33,482 nt of DNA, taken from the NCBI GenBank assembly GCA_043778225.1, contig JAYWGM010000034.1, positions 1 through 33,482 on the forward strand. The letters are read 5' to 3'. Shown here in pieces: positions 1 through 7,753 of the stretch. Below the pieces are notes generated by a model. That model saw only the letters and a program-made list of their open reading frames with translations. It was not told where the DNA came from and ran no database searches. How positions within the stretch are numbered: position 1 is the stretch's first letter; each line of letters opens with the position of its first letter. The DNA comes from Deinococcales bacterium (GTDB taxonomy: Bacteria > Deinococcota > Deinococci > Deinococcales > JAAFIG01). A program made the translations under genes and the position numbers.

Positions 1-87
1 CGTTGTGCTTTTCTGATGCAGAATCCTGAACTGGTTCGTGGTCGGGCTGGATTTAGTTGGCTTGATGATTCAATACTATCTAAATAA
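1..87 (+). CDS. 3' end of probable IS630-family transposase (partial, runs off window)
   Basis: Frame +1 reads RCAFLMQNPELVRGRAGFSWLDDSILSK* (TAA 85-87). It resembles the RC..L...P.L.RG...F.W C-terminus I recall for IS630 DDE transposases. Not in the ORF track because it has no start codon in the window. Confidence 0.55.
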   Translation, partial: RCAFLMQNPELVRGRAGFSWLDDSILSK

Positions 88-98
88 ATTTGGTATTA
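1..98 (+). mobile_element. Putative right end of IS630-like element
   Basis: The transposase-like stop is followed by ATTTGGTAT-TA (88-98). IS630 elements insert at and duplicate TA. The left end is not visible. Confidence 0.35.
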
Positions 99-99
99 C

Positions 100-185
100 A
101 AGGTTAAAAGGTCAAAAGGTCAAAAGGTTAAAAGTTAAGAGCGGGTTTTCACTTTTAACCTTTTCTACTTTTACCCTTTTTACCT
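100..185. repeat. Bipartite octamer-periodic inverted repeat element, copy 1 (possible bidirectional terminator)
   Basis: An (AAAAGGTY)n arm, a spacer, then a (TTTTNNNN)n arm. Perfect 14-bp stem AAAAGGTTAAAAGT (122-135) / ACTTTTAACCTTTT (151-164). Lies between convergent genes. Confidence 0.85.
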
Positions 186-191
186 ACGCCT

Positions 192-2483
192 TTATTCCAG
201 TAAATCGGTCAATTGCCTTGGATTGACATCAATCCGTACCCGTACACCACCTTCACGGTAAGCGCGGGCTGGCTCAAGCAGGTGGGTTAGGCGTTCCCGA
301 GTTTGGGCGCGTACCAACAATTGATAGACAAATAAGCCTTTGACTCGAGCAATACTGGCGGGGGCGGGACCGAGCAGTTCAAGCCCAGCCGCACCTCGGT
401 CACGAATCAAGCCACCAAGTTTGCTGGCGGCAATTTCAGCATTGTTTTCTCGCCGCGCTGATATTTGTACTTGTGCCATTTGGGCATAGGGTGGGTATAA
501 AAAAGTTTCGCGGCTCTCGAGTTCGCTCCTTGCAAAACTGCTGGCATCCTCGAGATTCTGAATTTGCGTGATTGCTTTGTGCTGCCCGTCAAAGGTTTGA
601 ATCAGTAAAAGCGGCGCTCGGGTCGGATGCCACTCCAAGAGGGTTCGTAAGAGCGCATGGAAGCGCTCTCCACTGCGAAAATCTGGACTCGAGTGCATTG
701 TGTCGGCAAAAGTCAGGGCAATTAAAGCAAGGTTTGGCGGCGGCGGTAAGCCCAAGACGGCGGTTGTCCCCACCACAATTCCACTCTCGCCGCTATAGAT
801 TGGCTCAAGGTCGTCTTTGAAGTCTCGGTCAAAGCGGTAAATTTTACTTTGTGGCAAAAAGGCTTTTAATTCACGCCCAATCCATTCGCTGCCGGGTCCT
901 TTGGGCGCTAACACTGTCCCCTCGCAGCTTGGGCAACGGGTTGGCGGCACAGTCTTGTAGCCACACTGATGACACTCGAGATTTCGCGCCCCTGCATGGA
1001 ATTTAAGCGGCACATCGCAATGCGGGCAGTAGGGAGTCCAGCCACAATCCTTGCAGCGCAGCAGCGCACTGTAGCCACGGCGCGGCGCAATCACCACGGC
1101 TTGTCGTCCGCGTTCGGCAATTTGGCGCAAAACCCGTTTGAAGTTGGTCGAGATTGGAAAAGAATCCCTTGCCAGTGGCATATTTGACATTGGTCCTGTT
1201 TCGGGAACTTTGGGCGGCTTAGAAAAGTCAACAATATGTAAACGTGCGCTTGGTGGTGGTAAAATCACACCGCGCAGCGTGAGGCTTTCGGTGGCTGGCA
1301 CAGCCCCCACCCATAAGACTCGAGCCGATGCTAGTTTGCCACGGGTCAGCACCGCATCTGGTACAAACAGCCTCGAGCCACCATGAAGTTTCCAAGCGTC
1401 GGACAATTCATCCTCAAGAATGATGAAAGCCAAATCTGGAAGCGGCGCAAACAATGCCATTGGTGTGCCGAACAGCACCGAAACTTGCCCAGTGCTAGAA
1501 GTGCGCCAAACCGCTTCACGCTCGAGTGGACGCAAATTGCCAGAGAGCATCGCACTTTTAGCAACCCCACCCAGTGCCACAAAAGCTCGCTCGAGCCGCA
1601 GATGGTCGGGCGCGAGGTACAGCACACTCTGCCCAAGTTTGACGGCTCGCTGTATCAGTTCGCGCAGCACCGCAAATCGCTCTCGAGGTTTGCCACCGTG
1701 CAGTCGTGCGACTGACTCAATTTCCAGAAGATTGGCGACTTCAAGGTGCAGGGCTTTGACAATCGGAGCTTCAAATTTTGTGGCAAAGTCGGGTAAGTCC
1801 ATCGGCAAAGGCTCGAGTTCGCGCACGGCTACACCTTTCTCGAGCAACTTGCTGACCAGACCAGTCGAGACCTGAGCGGCTTCCGCCCACGCTTTTAAGG
1901 TATAAAAACCATTGTTTTCGCGCAGCACCTCAAGCGCGACAGCTTGCTTTGGTGTTGCTGCAAAATCGGTATTTGCAGCTTGGATAATTTCTCGAGATGG
2001 CTGCACCAGCCTTACATCCTCGAGCAATAAACCTTGTCCGCGCAAGAATTCTAATAAACTCGGGTCGAGGCTGGCAGCTTCTTGGCGCTGCTCGAGTTTA
2101 TTGGCACTTTCGGGCAAGCCACTGACCCCACGCACCAACTGTACCCAGTGGCTGATGTGTGGCTCGAGACCAAACGGCATAAAATCTTGATAGACCAAAC
2201 CGTCAAAACACATTCCCTGCTTTGCGACCTCGAGCAGGGCGGCGCAGGCATCGGGGGTAAAAAGTGGCTCGTCATCCAAAACCGCAATCGTGTCTTTAAG
2301 GCTCAGTCCACGCTCGAGTGTGCCATCCAAGACTTCAAGCACCACACCAATGCGGCTGCCCCCTTGCCACGGCACAAGGACTCGTTTTCCTAGCCCCCCG
2401 AGTGGATTGCCGACGGGCTGGAAATCATAAGCTGGAAGTGGAAGCGCCACCGCCACACGCCATCGAGGATGCTTCATCTTCAC
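192..2483 (-). CDS. priA: Primosomal protein N' (PriA), helicase motifs degenerate
   Basis: N-terminal VALP...GKRVLVPW...GVV domain. RRGYS followed by a CxxC-CxxC-CxxC-CxxC zinc region, and C-terminal PDFRxxER, YPPY, LGPAPA and IDVNP motifs. Walker A is replaced by HGGKPRER. Start is GTG 2483 or ATG 2477. Confidence 0.95.
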   Translation of the reverse strand: MKMKHPRWRVAVALPLPAYDFQPVGNPLGGLGKRVLVPWQGGSRIGVVLEVLDGTLERGLSLKDTIAVLDDEPLFTPDACAALLEVAKQGMCFDGLVYQDFMPFGLEPHISHWVQLVRGVSGLPESANKLEQRQEAASLDPSLLEFLRGQGLLLEDVRLVQPSREIIQAANTDFAATPKQAVALEVLRENNGFYTLKAWAEAAQVSTGLVSKLLEKGVAVRELEPLPMDLPDFATKFEAPIVKALHLEVANLLEIESVARLHGGKPRERFAVLRELIQRAVKLGQSVLYLAPDHLRLERAFVALGGVAKSAMLSGNLRPLEREAVWRTSSTGQVSVLFGTPMALFAPLPDLAFIILEDELSDAWKLHGGSRLFVPDAVLTRGKLASARVLWVGAVPATESLTLRGVILPPPSARLHIVDFSKPPKVPETGPMSNMPLARDSFPISTNFKRVLRQIAERGRQAVVIAPRRGYSALLRCKDCGWTPYCPHCDVPLKFHAGARNLECHQCGYKTVPPTRCPSCEGTVLAPKGPGSEWIGRELKAFLPQSKIYRFDRDFKDDLEPIYSGESGIVVGTTAVLGLPPPPNLALIALTFADTMHSSPDFRSGERFHALLRTLLEWHPTRAPLLLIQTFDGQHKAITQIQNLEDASSFARSELESRETFLYPPYAQMAQVQISARRENNAEIAASKLGGLIRDRGAAGLELLGPAPASIARVKGLFVYQLLVRAQTRERLTHLLEPARAYREGGVRVRIDVNPRQLTDLLE

Positions 2484-2740
2484 CGTTTGCGGTAAGTGCG
2501 TTTACTACGGCGTTCAATACCCATAAATGTACCTGAGTCCTCGCCAAGATAAAAAATAACTCGGTCTGGGATGATTTTGAGACGTGAATAGGGCGTTCCT
2601 ACAAATTGTTCTATATCTCCAAGTTGATGTAAGCAGTATAATTCGATTTTCTGGTAAAGCAAGACTTGGCGTTCTGGGGGATATAATTGCTCGAAATTAC
2701 GTTTGGCTTTTTCGGAATCCCAAGCCCATAAGGGGTTCAT
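2480..2740 (-). CDS. Putative RelE/ParE-superfamily toxin
   Basis: 86 aa with the GDI...G....RL....RVIF....R...Y pattern of RelE-like toxins. Overlaps the upstream small ORF (ATGA) and priA. Confidence 0.6.
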   Translation of the reverse strand: MNPLWAWDSEKAKRNFEQLYPPERQVLLYQKIELYCLHQLGDIEQFVGTPYSRLKIIPDRVIFYLGEDSGTFMGIERRSKRTYRKR

Positions 2741-2973
2741 TTTCGTCTGCCACGCTTTTCCACTTCGGCAATCAAAGTGGCTTCTTGAGTTGTAGGAACA
2801 ATCGCTGGTGCATTTTTGATTGACTCTCGAAGTTTTGCGACTCGGATTGTATTTTGAGCTTCGGCTAAAATTTGCTCGAGTGCCTGTTTTCGGCTTCGAA
2901 TGCCACGGGCTTTTCGAATATGGTCGAGATGGGCGAGGGCAGTTTTTGAGATTGACTGTTCAAGCATCGTCAT
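2737..2973 (-). CDS. Putative antitoxin (RHH-like N-terminus)
   Basis: 78 aa, directly upstream of and coupled to the RelE-like ORF, with its own -10 box. Confidence 0.55.
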   Translation of the reverse strand: MTMLEQSISKTALAHLDHIRKARGIRSRKQALEQILAEAQNTIRVAKLRESIKNAPAIVPTTQEATLIAEVEKRGRRK

Positions 2974-2979
2974 GGCGCT

Positions 2980-2985
2980 ATTCTA
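2980..2985 (-). promoter_or_regulatory. -10 box of leaderless promoter (TAGAAT-N6-ATG)
   Basis: The minus strand reads TAGAAT AGCGCC ATG, with no Shine-Dalgarno between box and start. Confidence 0.65.
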
Positions 2986-3043
2986 CTCTGCTCGAGGCGT
3001 AATGCCAAATGTATGATGCTAACGAGGAAGGCGATTTAGGGAT

Positions 3044-3337
3044 TTATTCATATGCGGAGTCATGGTCCGGATGCAAGGATAAAAACTGAACCTCGTCGGC
3101 TTGGCGGCGTACTACAGCGCGGCATTTGATGGTGATACGAATTGTATATTCATCATTTCCGATGCTTTCCCACTTTAAGCCAGAATCACGGTATATCAGA
3201 CTCCAACTGAGTTGTTTGAGTTTGCGAAAAGTCTTGAGTACAGCAATTTGCTCGGCTTTCTCGAGCGCAAAGAATTGATTCTGAAATTGCTCGTCGTTCA
3301 GGTCTAATTTAGGCACGCTGGAGTTCCATGGCTTCAA
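3044..3337 (-). CDS. Putative RelE-like toxin (LDLN...LKWE...HPDHDSAY type)
   Basis: 97 aa with Y.IRIT.K.RAV and a C-terminal HPDHDSAY. This is a RelE/ParE-fold pattern. It overlaps the upstream small ORF. Confidence 0.55.
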   Translation of the reverse strand: MKPWNSSVPKLDLNDEQFQNQFFALEKAEQIAVLKTFRKLKQLSWSLIYRDSGLKWESIGNDEYTIRITIKCRAVVRRQADEVQFLSLHPDHDSAYE

Positions 3338-3554
3338 ATTCGGCTAAAGTTTGCCCGAGGACACGACGTTCAAACTCATCTAAATCTGTTTCCTTGAAGG
3401 CTCGAGCATCAAGGCGTTCTTTGGCAGCGAGGATTTGAGACTTGAATGGCTCTTGTTGATACCAAGGCAATTGAGTCTCGAGCCACTTATCAAGTTCAAT
3501 CATCTCAATCGGTGTTAATTCCTGAATCGCTTTTTTAATCTCGAGGACACTCAT
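3309..3554 (-). CDS. Putative antitoxin / small acidic protein
   Basis: MSVLEIKKAIQELTPIEMIELDKWL resembles small antitoxin-like proteins. ATG 3554 is preferred over the track start because it follows CAGAAT-N6 and avoids overlap with the upstream gene. Confidence 0.55.
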   Translation of the reverse strand: MSVLEIKKAIQELTPIEMIELDKWLETQLPWYQQEPFKSQILAAKERLDARAFKETDLDEFERRVLGQTLAEFEAMELQRA

Positions 3555-3574
3555 CGTTTTATTCTGCCTCGAGT

Positions 3575-4816
3575 TTAGGTATTTTGCAACCAAGTCAGGG
3601 TTTTACTGACCAACTTGTCAAAAGCCACGACACACAATTCCAGATGTTGCTCGAGCGTGTCTTCGATTTTATTATGCGAAATTCCGCCTAAACTCTGGAC
3701 AAACATCATCACCGTTGGAATGCCAACTCGAGCTATCTCGGCGGCATCGTGCAGTGGTCCGCTTGGCAATTGGTGGCTTGTGCCGCACGTCTCGAGAATC
3801 GCTTGGTTGCAAAGTTCAATCAGTTTTGGATCAAATGGGATTGGTTCGATTGACCAAATTTTATGCCAAGCCACTGTACAGCCTTCCTCAAGGGCAAATT
3901 TTTCCGAGGCACTTTTAGCCGATGCCAGCATCCCAGCCAAGACCCCAGCATCTAGGTCGCGCTGGTCGAGCGTCATTTCGCAGCGTCCGACCACCGCCGT
4001 GACTATCCCCGGAAAGGTTTTAAGGCTGCCAACTGTACAAACTGCATCCAAATGCTTTTTGGCGATTTCTCGAATCTCGAGCGAGAGTTTAGCGGCTGCC
4101 CCCAAGGCATCGCGCCGTACTTTCATGGGGGTACTGCCAGAGTGCGCCTCTTGACCAAAAAAAGTAATGCCGTGCCGCTCGACTCCTTTTGTGCCTAACA
4201 CCACACCAAGCGGTAGTCCTAGCCCCTCGAGAACAGGACCTTGTTCGATGTGCAGTTCTAAATACGCCCCAGCCTTGGCTTTTGCCTTCCCAGCCTCGAG
4301 TGCCATATCCAAATCAATGCCGTGTTCACGCACCGCGTCCTCGAGCCGAATACCGTCTTTGTCTGTCCGATTTTTAAGGTCGTTTGGGTCAAAAAAACCA
4401 GACACAGCACTCGAGCCAAATAAACTTCTGCCAAAGCGTGCGCCTTCTTCATCCGCCCAATCCACCAAACGCACTGTAAGCGGTGGTTTGCCATTGAACT
4501 CGGTGGCAATTCGGCGCAGCACCTCGAGACCCGCCAGCACATTGAGGCAGCCATCGAGCCAGCCACCGTTTGGCACACTGTCTAAATGCCCACCAATCCA
4601 GAGTTCGCGTTCTGATTCGCCTTTTAATGTCACCCAAAGGTTTCCAGCTTGGTCTTGGGAGATTTCTACAGGCAAACCCTCGAGTTTGGATTTTAGGAAA
4701 TCCCGAGCCGCCACCCAAGTTGGTGTAAACGCCACGCGCTGTGCGCCATTGGCGTTGCCAGTTAAGGCACGGAGTTCTTTGAGTTCGGCAACGGTTCTTT
4801 GAGGATTGAGAGACAT
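3575..4816 (-). CDS. Zn-dependent M20-family amidohydrolase (hydantoinase/carbamoylase / allantoate amidohydrolase-like)
   Basis: Motifs GGHLDSVPNGGWLDG, DEEGARFG, YLELHIEQGPVLE, HSGSTPM, SGPLHDA and GGISHN. Confidence 0.93.
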   Translation of the reverse strand: MSLNPQRTVAELKELRALTGNANGAQRVAFTPTWVAARDFLKSKLEGLPVEISQDQAGNLWVTLKGESERELWIGGHLDSVPNGGWLDGCLNVLAGLEVLRRIATEFNGKPPLTVRLVDWADEEGARFGRSLFGSSAVSGFFDPNDLKNRTDKDGIRLEDAVREHGIDLDMALEAGKAKAKAGAYLELHIEQGPVLEGLGLPLGVVLGTKGVERHGITFFGQEAHSGSTPMKVRRDALGAAAKLSLEIREIAKKHLDAVCTVGSLKTFPGIVTAVVGRCEMTLDQRDLDAGVLAGMLASAKSASEKFALEEGCTVAWHKIWSIEPIPFDPKLIELCNQAILETCGTSHQLPSGPLHDAAEIARVGIPTVMMFVQSLGGISHNKIEDTLEQHLELCVVAFDKLVSKTLTWLQNT

Positions 4817-4840
4817 AAAGCAGTTTACCGCAGTCTCGAG

Positions 4841-5176
4841 TCAGACTGCTGGGTTGAATTCTGTGTACTGACGTAACTGCGGAGGATGGAAAGCCAAAAC
4901 TATCGAATCTTTGGGAACACCTTCTTTGAGCAGCAGTGAAGCAATGCCAACTTCAGTATTATCATCTTGAATCCAAATTAAATTGTCTTTGACATCAATA
5001 TACACAACAACATAAAAAAAACGTTTTGACCCTTCCCAGCCATATTTTAGTAGCTGATAACGATGGTGTGTTGTATCAAATAAAAGTTTGGGTTGTACAG
5101 GATTTGATGGACTGCTTAATAAGCTATAAGACTCGAGTACCCGCATAACGACTTGGCTTAACTGTTCGGTATCCAT
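4841..5176 (-). CDS. xisI: XisI-family protein
   Basis: Motifs LFD...HRYQL...GW, IWIQDDNTEVGIA..L...GVPK..IVLAFHPP..RQYTEF. Confidence 0.92.
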   Translation of the reverse strand: MDTEQLSQVVMRVLESYSLLSSPSNPVQPKLLFDTTHHRYQLLKYGWEGSKRFFYVVVYIDVKDNLIWIQDDNTEVGIASLLLKEGVPKDSIVLAFHPPQLRQYTEFNPAV

Positions 5177-5295
5177 TGTAACTCCTCAAACAATTCGCGT
5201 TTGCCAATACTTAACTCGAGTGGGTCATCGGTAATCTTCCAGCCTTGGCGCTCCAAGGCTCGGCGCACGATTGCATGAAAAATATCTCGAGCCAT
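5158..5295 (-). pseudogene. xisH: XisH-family gene with large internal in-frame deletion (45 aa)
   Basis: The XisH N-terminus MARDIFHAIVRRALERQGWKITDDPL is joined directly to an XisH-like C-terminus EELQWIP. It overlaps the xisI start as intact pairs do. Confidence 0.8.
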
Positions 5296-5301
5296 AAACC
5301 A

Positions 5302-5310
5302 AGTATAGCA
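5302..5310 (-). promoter_or_regulatory. Extended -10 leaderless promoter of xisH-xisI
   Basis: The minus strand reads TG-C-TATACT-TGGTTT-ATG. Confidence 0.7.
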
Positions 5311-5338
5311 AATCACTTTGAATTTCTTGCCTATCTCG

Positions 5339-5347
5339 TGATACCTT
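5339..5347 (+). promoter_or_regulatory. Extended -10 leaderless promoter of udk
   Basis: TG-A-TACCTT-N7-ATG(5355). Confidence 0.5.
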
Positions 5348-5354
5348 TTGCACC

Positions 5355-5990
5355 ATGACCACCATTGCAACCGCCATCAAACCACCCTTTATTATTGGCG
5401 TTGCGGGTGGCACTGGCAGTGGCAAAACCACAGTCACCGAAAGAGTTCTCGAGGTGGCTGGGGTCGGCAGTGTGGCGATTTTAGCCCAAGACAGTTATTA
5501 CCGTGACCAAGCCGAGTTACCGCCCGAAGTACGCCGACATATCAATTACGACCACCCAGATGCTTTTGACTGGACGCTAATGCTCGAGCAACTGCGGCGT
5601 TTGCGCGATGGAGAACCGATTTATTCGCCGATTTATGATTTTACCCACGATACCCGCGCCAGCAGTACGATTGCGATTTTACCTGCGCCAATTATTGTGA
5701 TCGAGGGGATTTTAGCACTTTATGACCCAGAACTGCGTTCGCTTTTTGACCTCAAAATTTTTGTGGATGCCGACCCCGATGTACGTTTTATTCGGCGACT
5801 CGAGCGTGATGTGCGTGAGCGTGGGCGCACCCCAGAAAGCGTCATTCATCAGTACCTCGAGCTTGTTCGCCCAAGCCATTTACAATTTATTGAACCGACC
5901 AAGCGCTATGCCGACGTGATTATTCCGCATGGCGGCATGAATCAGCCAGCCCTCGAGATGCTAGGAGCGCGAATCAGTGCGGTTTTGTAA
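5355..5990 (+). CDS. udk: Uridine kinase
   Basis: Motifs IIGVAGGTGSGKTT, QDSYY, NYDHPDAFD, RRLERDVRERGR and FIEPTKRYADVIIP. Confidence 0.97.
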   Translation: MTTIATAIKPPFIIGVAGGTGSGKTTVTERVLEVAGVGSVAILAQDSYYRDQAELPPEVRRHINYDHPDAFDWTLMLEQLRRLRDGEPIYSPIYDFTHDTRASSTIAILPAPIIVIEGILALYDPELRSLFDLKIFVDADPDVRFIRRLERDVRERGRTPESVIHQYLELVRPSHLQFIEPTKRYADVIIPHGGMNQPALEMLGARISAVL

Positions 5991-5994
5991 AGCA

Positions 5995-6065
5995 GGGTTA
6001 AAAGGGGAAAAGTAGAAAAGGGAAAGAGGTGTTTTAACCTTTTGACCTTTTAACCTTTTGACCTT
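5995..6065. repeat. Bipartite octamer-periodic inverted repeat element, copy 2 (opposite orientation to copy 1)
   Basis: GGTTAAAAGGGGAAAAGTAGAAAAGGGAAAG ... (TTTTRACC)x4. It lies between convergent udk and murE and supplies the last codons and stop of murE. Confidence 0.85.
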
Positions 6066-7536
6066 CAATCACGGCTCGAGCTTCGGCGTTTTCGTCCCAT
6101 GGCAAGATTGCCGCGCCGCGTTCTAAGGTGCGTTCGTGTCCTTTGCCTGCCAGTAAAACCGTATCGCCAGCCTTTGCCATCTCAATTGCAGCTTGAATCG
6201 CCTCGCGGCGGTCTGGGATAAGTTCATAACTGCTGCCACCAGCCGCAAGAAACGCAGTTTTCAGGCTCTCGAGAATCAGGTTGGTATCTTCGGTACGACT
6301 GTCTTCTTCGGTAAAAATAACGTGGTCAACGGTTTTGGCGGCGGTTGTACCGATGCCTGTCCGCCGATTTGGGTCGCGTTGTCCAGCTGCACCAATCACC
6401 AGAATCAGTTTGCCTGTCGTGGTTTGCTGTAAGGTCGTAGCAGCCACCTCGAGACTTGCGCCCGTGTGGGCAAAATCGTTAATCACCCGAAATGGCTCGG
6501 CTTGTAGAATCTGCATCCGTCCGGGGACACCCGCAAAGGTTCTTAGACCCTGCTCAAGTTGAGTTTCAGTCAGCCCAAGGTAATCACCAATGGTGTAAGC
6601 GCAAGCGGCATTGCTGGTGTTAAATCCACCAATCATTGGTAAAAACAATTCGTATTCCTCAAAACCATTTTTTAAGGTGAATTCTATTCCAAAAGCCGTT
6701 TCAGTCAGCTTGATGGGTTGCCAGTTAAATTCATCACCAAAAGCAATAATTTTCGGGTACTCGAGCTTTGTTTTGGCTCGAATGGCTGCAAACTCCGACC
6801 AAAATTGCGGCAAAAGACTTTTCTCAATCACCGCCACACGGCTTCTGGTTGGAAGTTTGGCTTTGGCGGCAAAATACGCAGCTTCCGAGCCATGAAAATC
6901 CAGATGGTCGTCTGGATAAAAATTAATCAGCGCTCCAATTTCAAATGCTATTCCTGTCACTCGCTCGAGGTCAAGTGCATGGCTTGAAATTTCCATGACC
7001 ACATGGGTACAACCAGCCTCAAGAAACCGACTCAACAATTCGTAGACCTGAGGTGATTCGGGGGTGGTGAAATGCCCTGGCAAATGCTCTTCGTGTCCAG
7101 CAAAACGCACCGCCACGGTACTCATCTGAGCAACCTTTAATCCAGCCGACTCGAGCAAATGATACACCAAGGCAACGGTGGTGCTTTTGCCCTTAGAACC
7201 TGTAATTCCGATTATTTTCATTTTTTCGTCTGGGCGACCCCAGATTTCTTTTGCCAACAGGGCGCAGGTTTCTCGAGGATTTGGGACTTGGATATACGGC
7301 ACACCCAACTCGAGAGTCTGGCTGCCCACCACAGCTACTGCGCCATGCTCGAGTGCCTTTTGAATAAAATCATGACCATCTAAAGGTGCGCGACCCGCCA
7401 ATGGAATTCCAGATGTAGCCACAAAAATAAATCCGGGTTTGACCAGCCTCGAGTCCAGTGCAATGCCAGTAATTTCGGGGTTGCTTGTGGGGGCGTGGTT
7501 AATTTTGGCTTGAATCAGCAGTTCGGAGAGGTTCAT
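6034..7536 (-). CDS. murE: UDP-N-acetylmuramoyl-L-alanyl-D-glutamate--diamino acid ligase
   Basis: Motifs DSR..KPG, DGHDFI, GITGSKGKST, TTPE, MEISSHAL, DHLDFHG, GVPGRM, DFAHT and LAGKGHE. The DAP-specific DNPR motif is replaced by EDSR, consistent with ornithine as in Deinococcota. Confidence 0.96.
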   Translation of the reverse strand: MNLSELLIQAKINHAPTSNPEITGIALDSRLVKPGFIFVATSGIPLAGRAPLDGHDFIQKALEHGAVAVVGSQTLELGVPYIQVPNPRETCALLAKEIWGRPDEKMKIIGITGSKGKSTTVALVYHLLESAGLKVAQMSTVAVRFAGHEEHLPGHFTTPESPQVYELLSRFLEAGCTHVVMEISSHALDLERVTGIAFEIGALINFYPDDHLDFHGSEAAYFAAKAKLPTRSRVAVIEKSLLPQFWSEFAAIRAKTKLEYPKIIAFGDEFNWQPIKLTETAFGIEFTLKNGFEEYELFLPMIGGFNTSNAACAYTIGDYLGLTETQLEQGLRTFAGVPGRMQILQAEPFRVINDFAHTGASLEVAATTLQQTTTGKLILVIGAAGQRDPNRRTGIGTTAAKTVDHVIFTEEDSRTEDTNLILESLKTAFLAAGGSSYELIPDRREAIQAAIEMAKAGDTVLLAGKGHERTLERGAAILPWDENAEARAVIEGQKVKRSKG

Positions 7537-7542
7537 GGTTTT

Positions 7543-7548
7543 AGGATA
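7543..7548 (-). promoter_or_regulatory. -10 box of leaderless murE promoter
   Basis: The minus strand reads TATCCT AAAACC ATG. Confidence 0.65.
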
Positions 7549-7680
7549 GCGCGAACAGACATCCCATGTGATGGATTTGTGTTTTATTTTCTTGAGCGCA
7601 TAAACTTTGGAAATACCAAGCCAATACGTCGCTGCCTATTGCCAAAACTCAAGATGACATACTTGGGATGATTCTGCGCC

Positions 7681-7749
7681 TTGACTTTTGGCTGCCAAAC
7701 CCGATATTTTAATCTATAGTAAAACAGTCGGATTACTTTACTATAGGAG
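7681..7749 (+). promoter_or_regulatory. Promoter/operator region of iron-uptake operon
   Basis: TTGACT (7681)-N18-TATTTT (7705). Perfect 10-bp inverted repeat CTATAGTAAA (7714-7723) / TTTACTATAG (7737-7746). AGGAG RBS at 7745-7749. Confidence 0.55.
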
Positions 7750-7753
7750 TATC

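Noticed and set aside
38..226. 62-aa ORF on + strand
   Set aside because: It is simply a translation of the octamer repeat element and overlaps two more credible genes.
1330..1710. PriA with degenerate Walker A (HGGKPRER) and DExH (EDELSD) motifs as a pseudogene or novelty
   Set aside because: The ORF is intact, and Deinococcus radiodurans PriA is already known as a pseudohelicase, so this is an expected lineage trait.
6290..6312. MurE lacking the DNPR motif
   Set aside because: This is expected for non-DAP (ornithine-type) peptidoglycan in Deinococcota.
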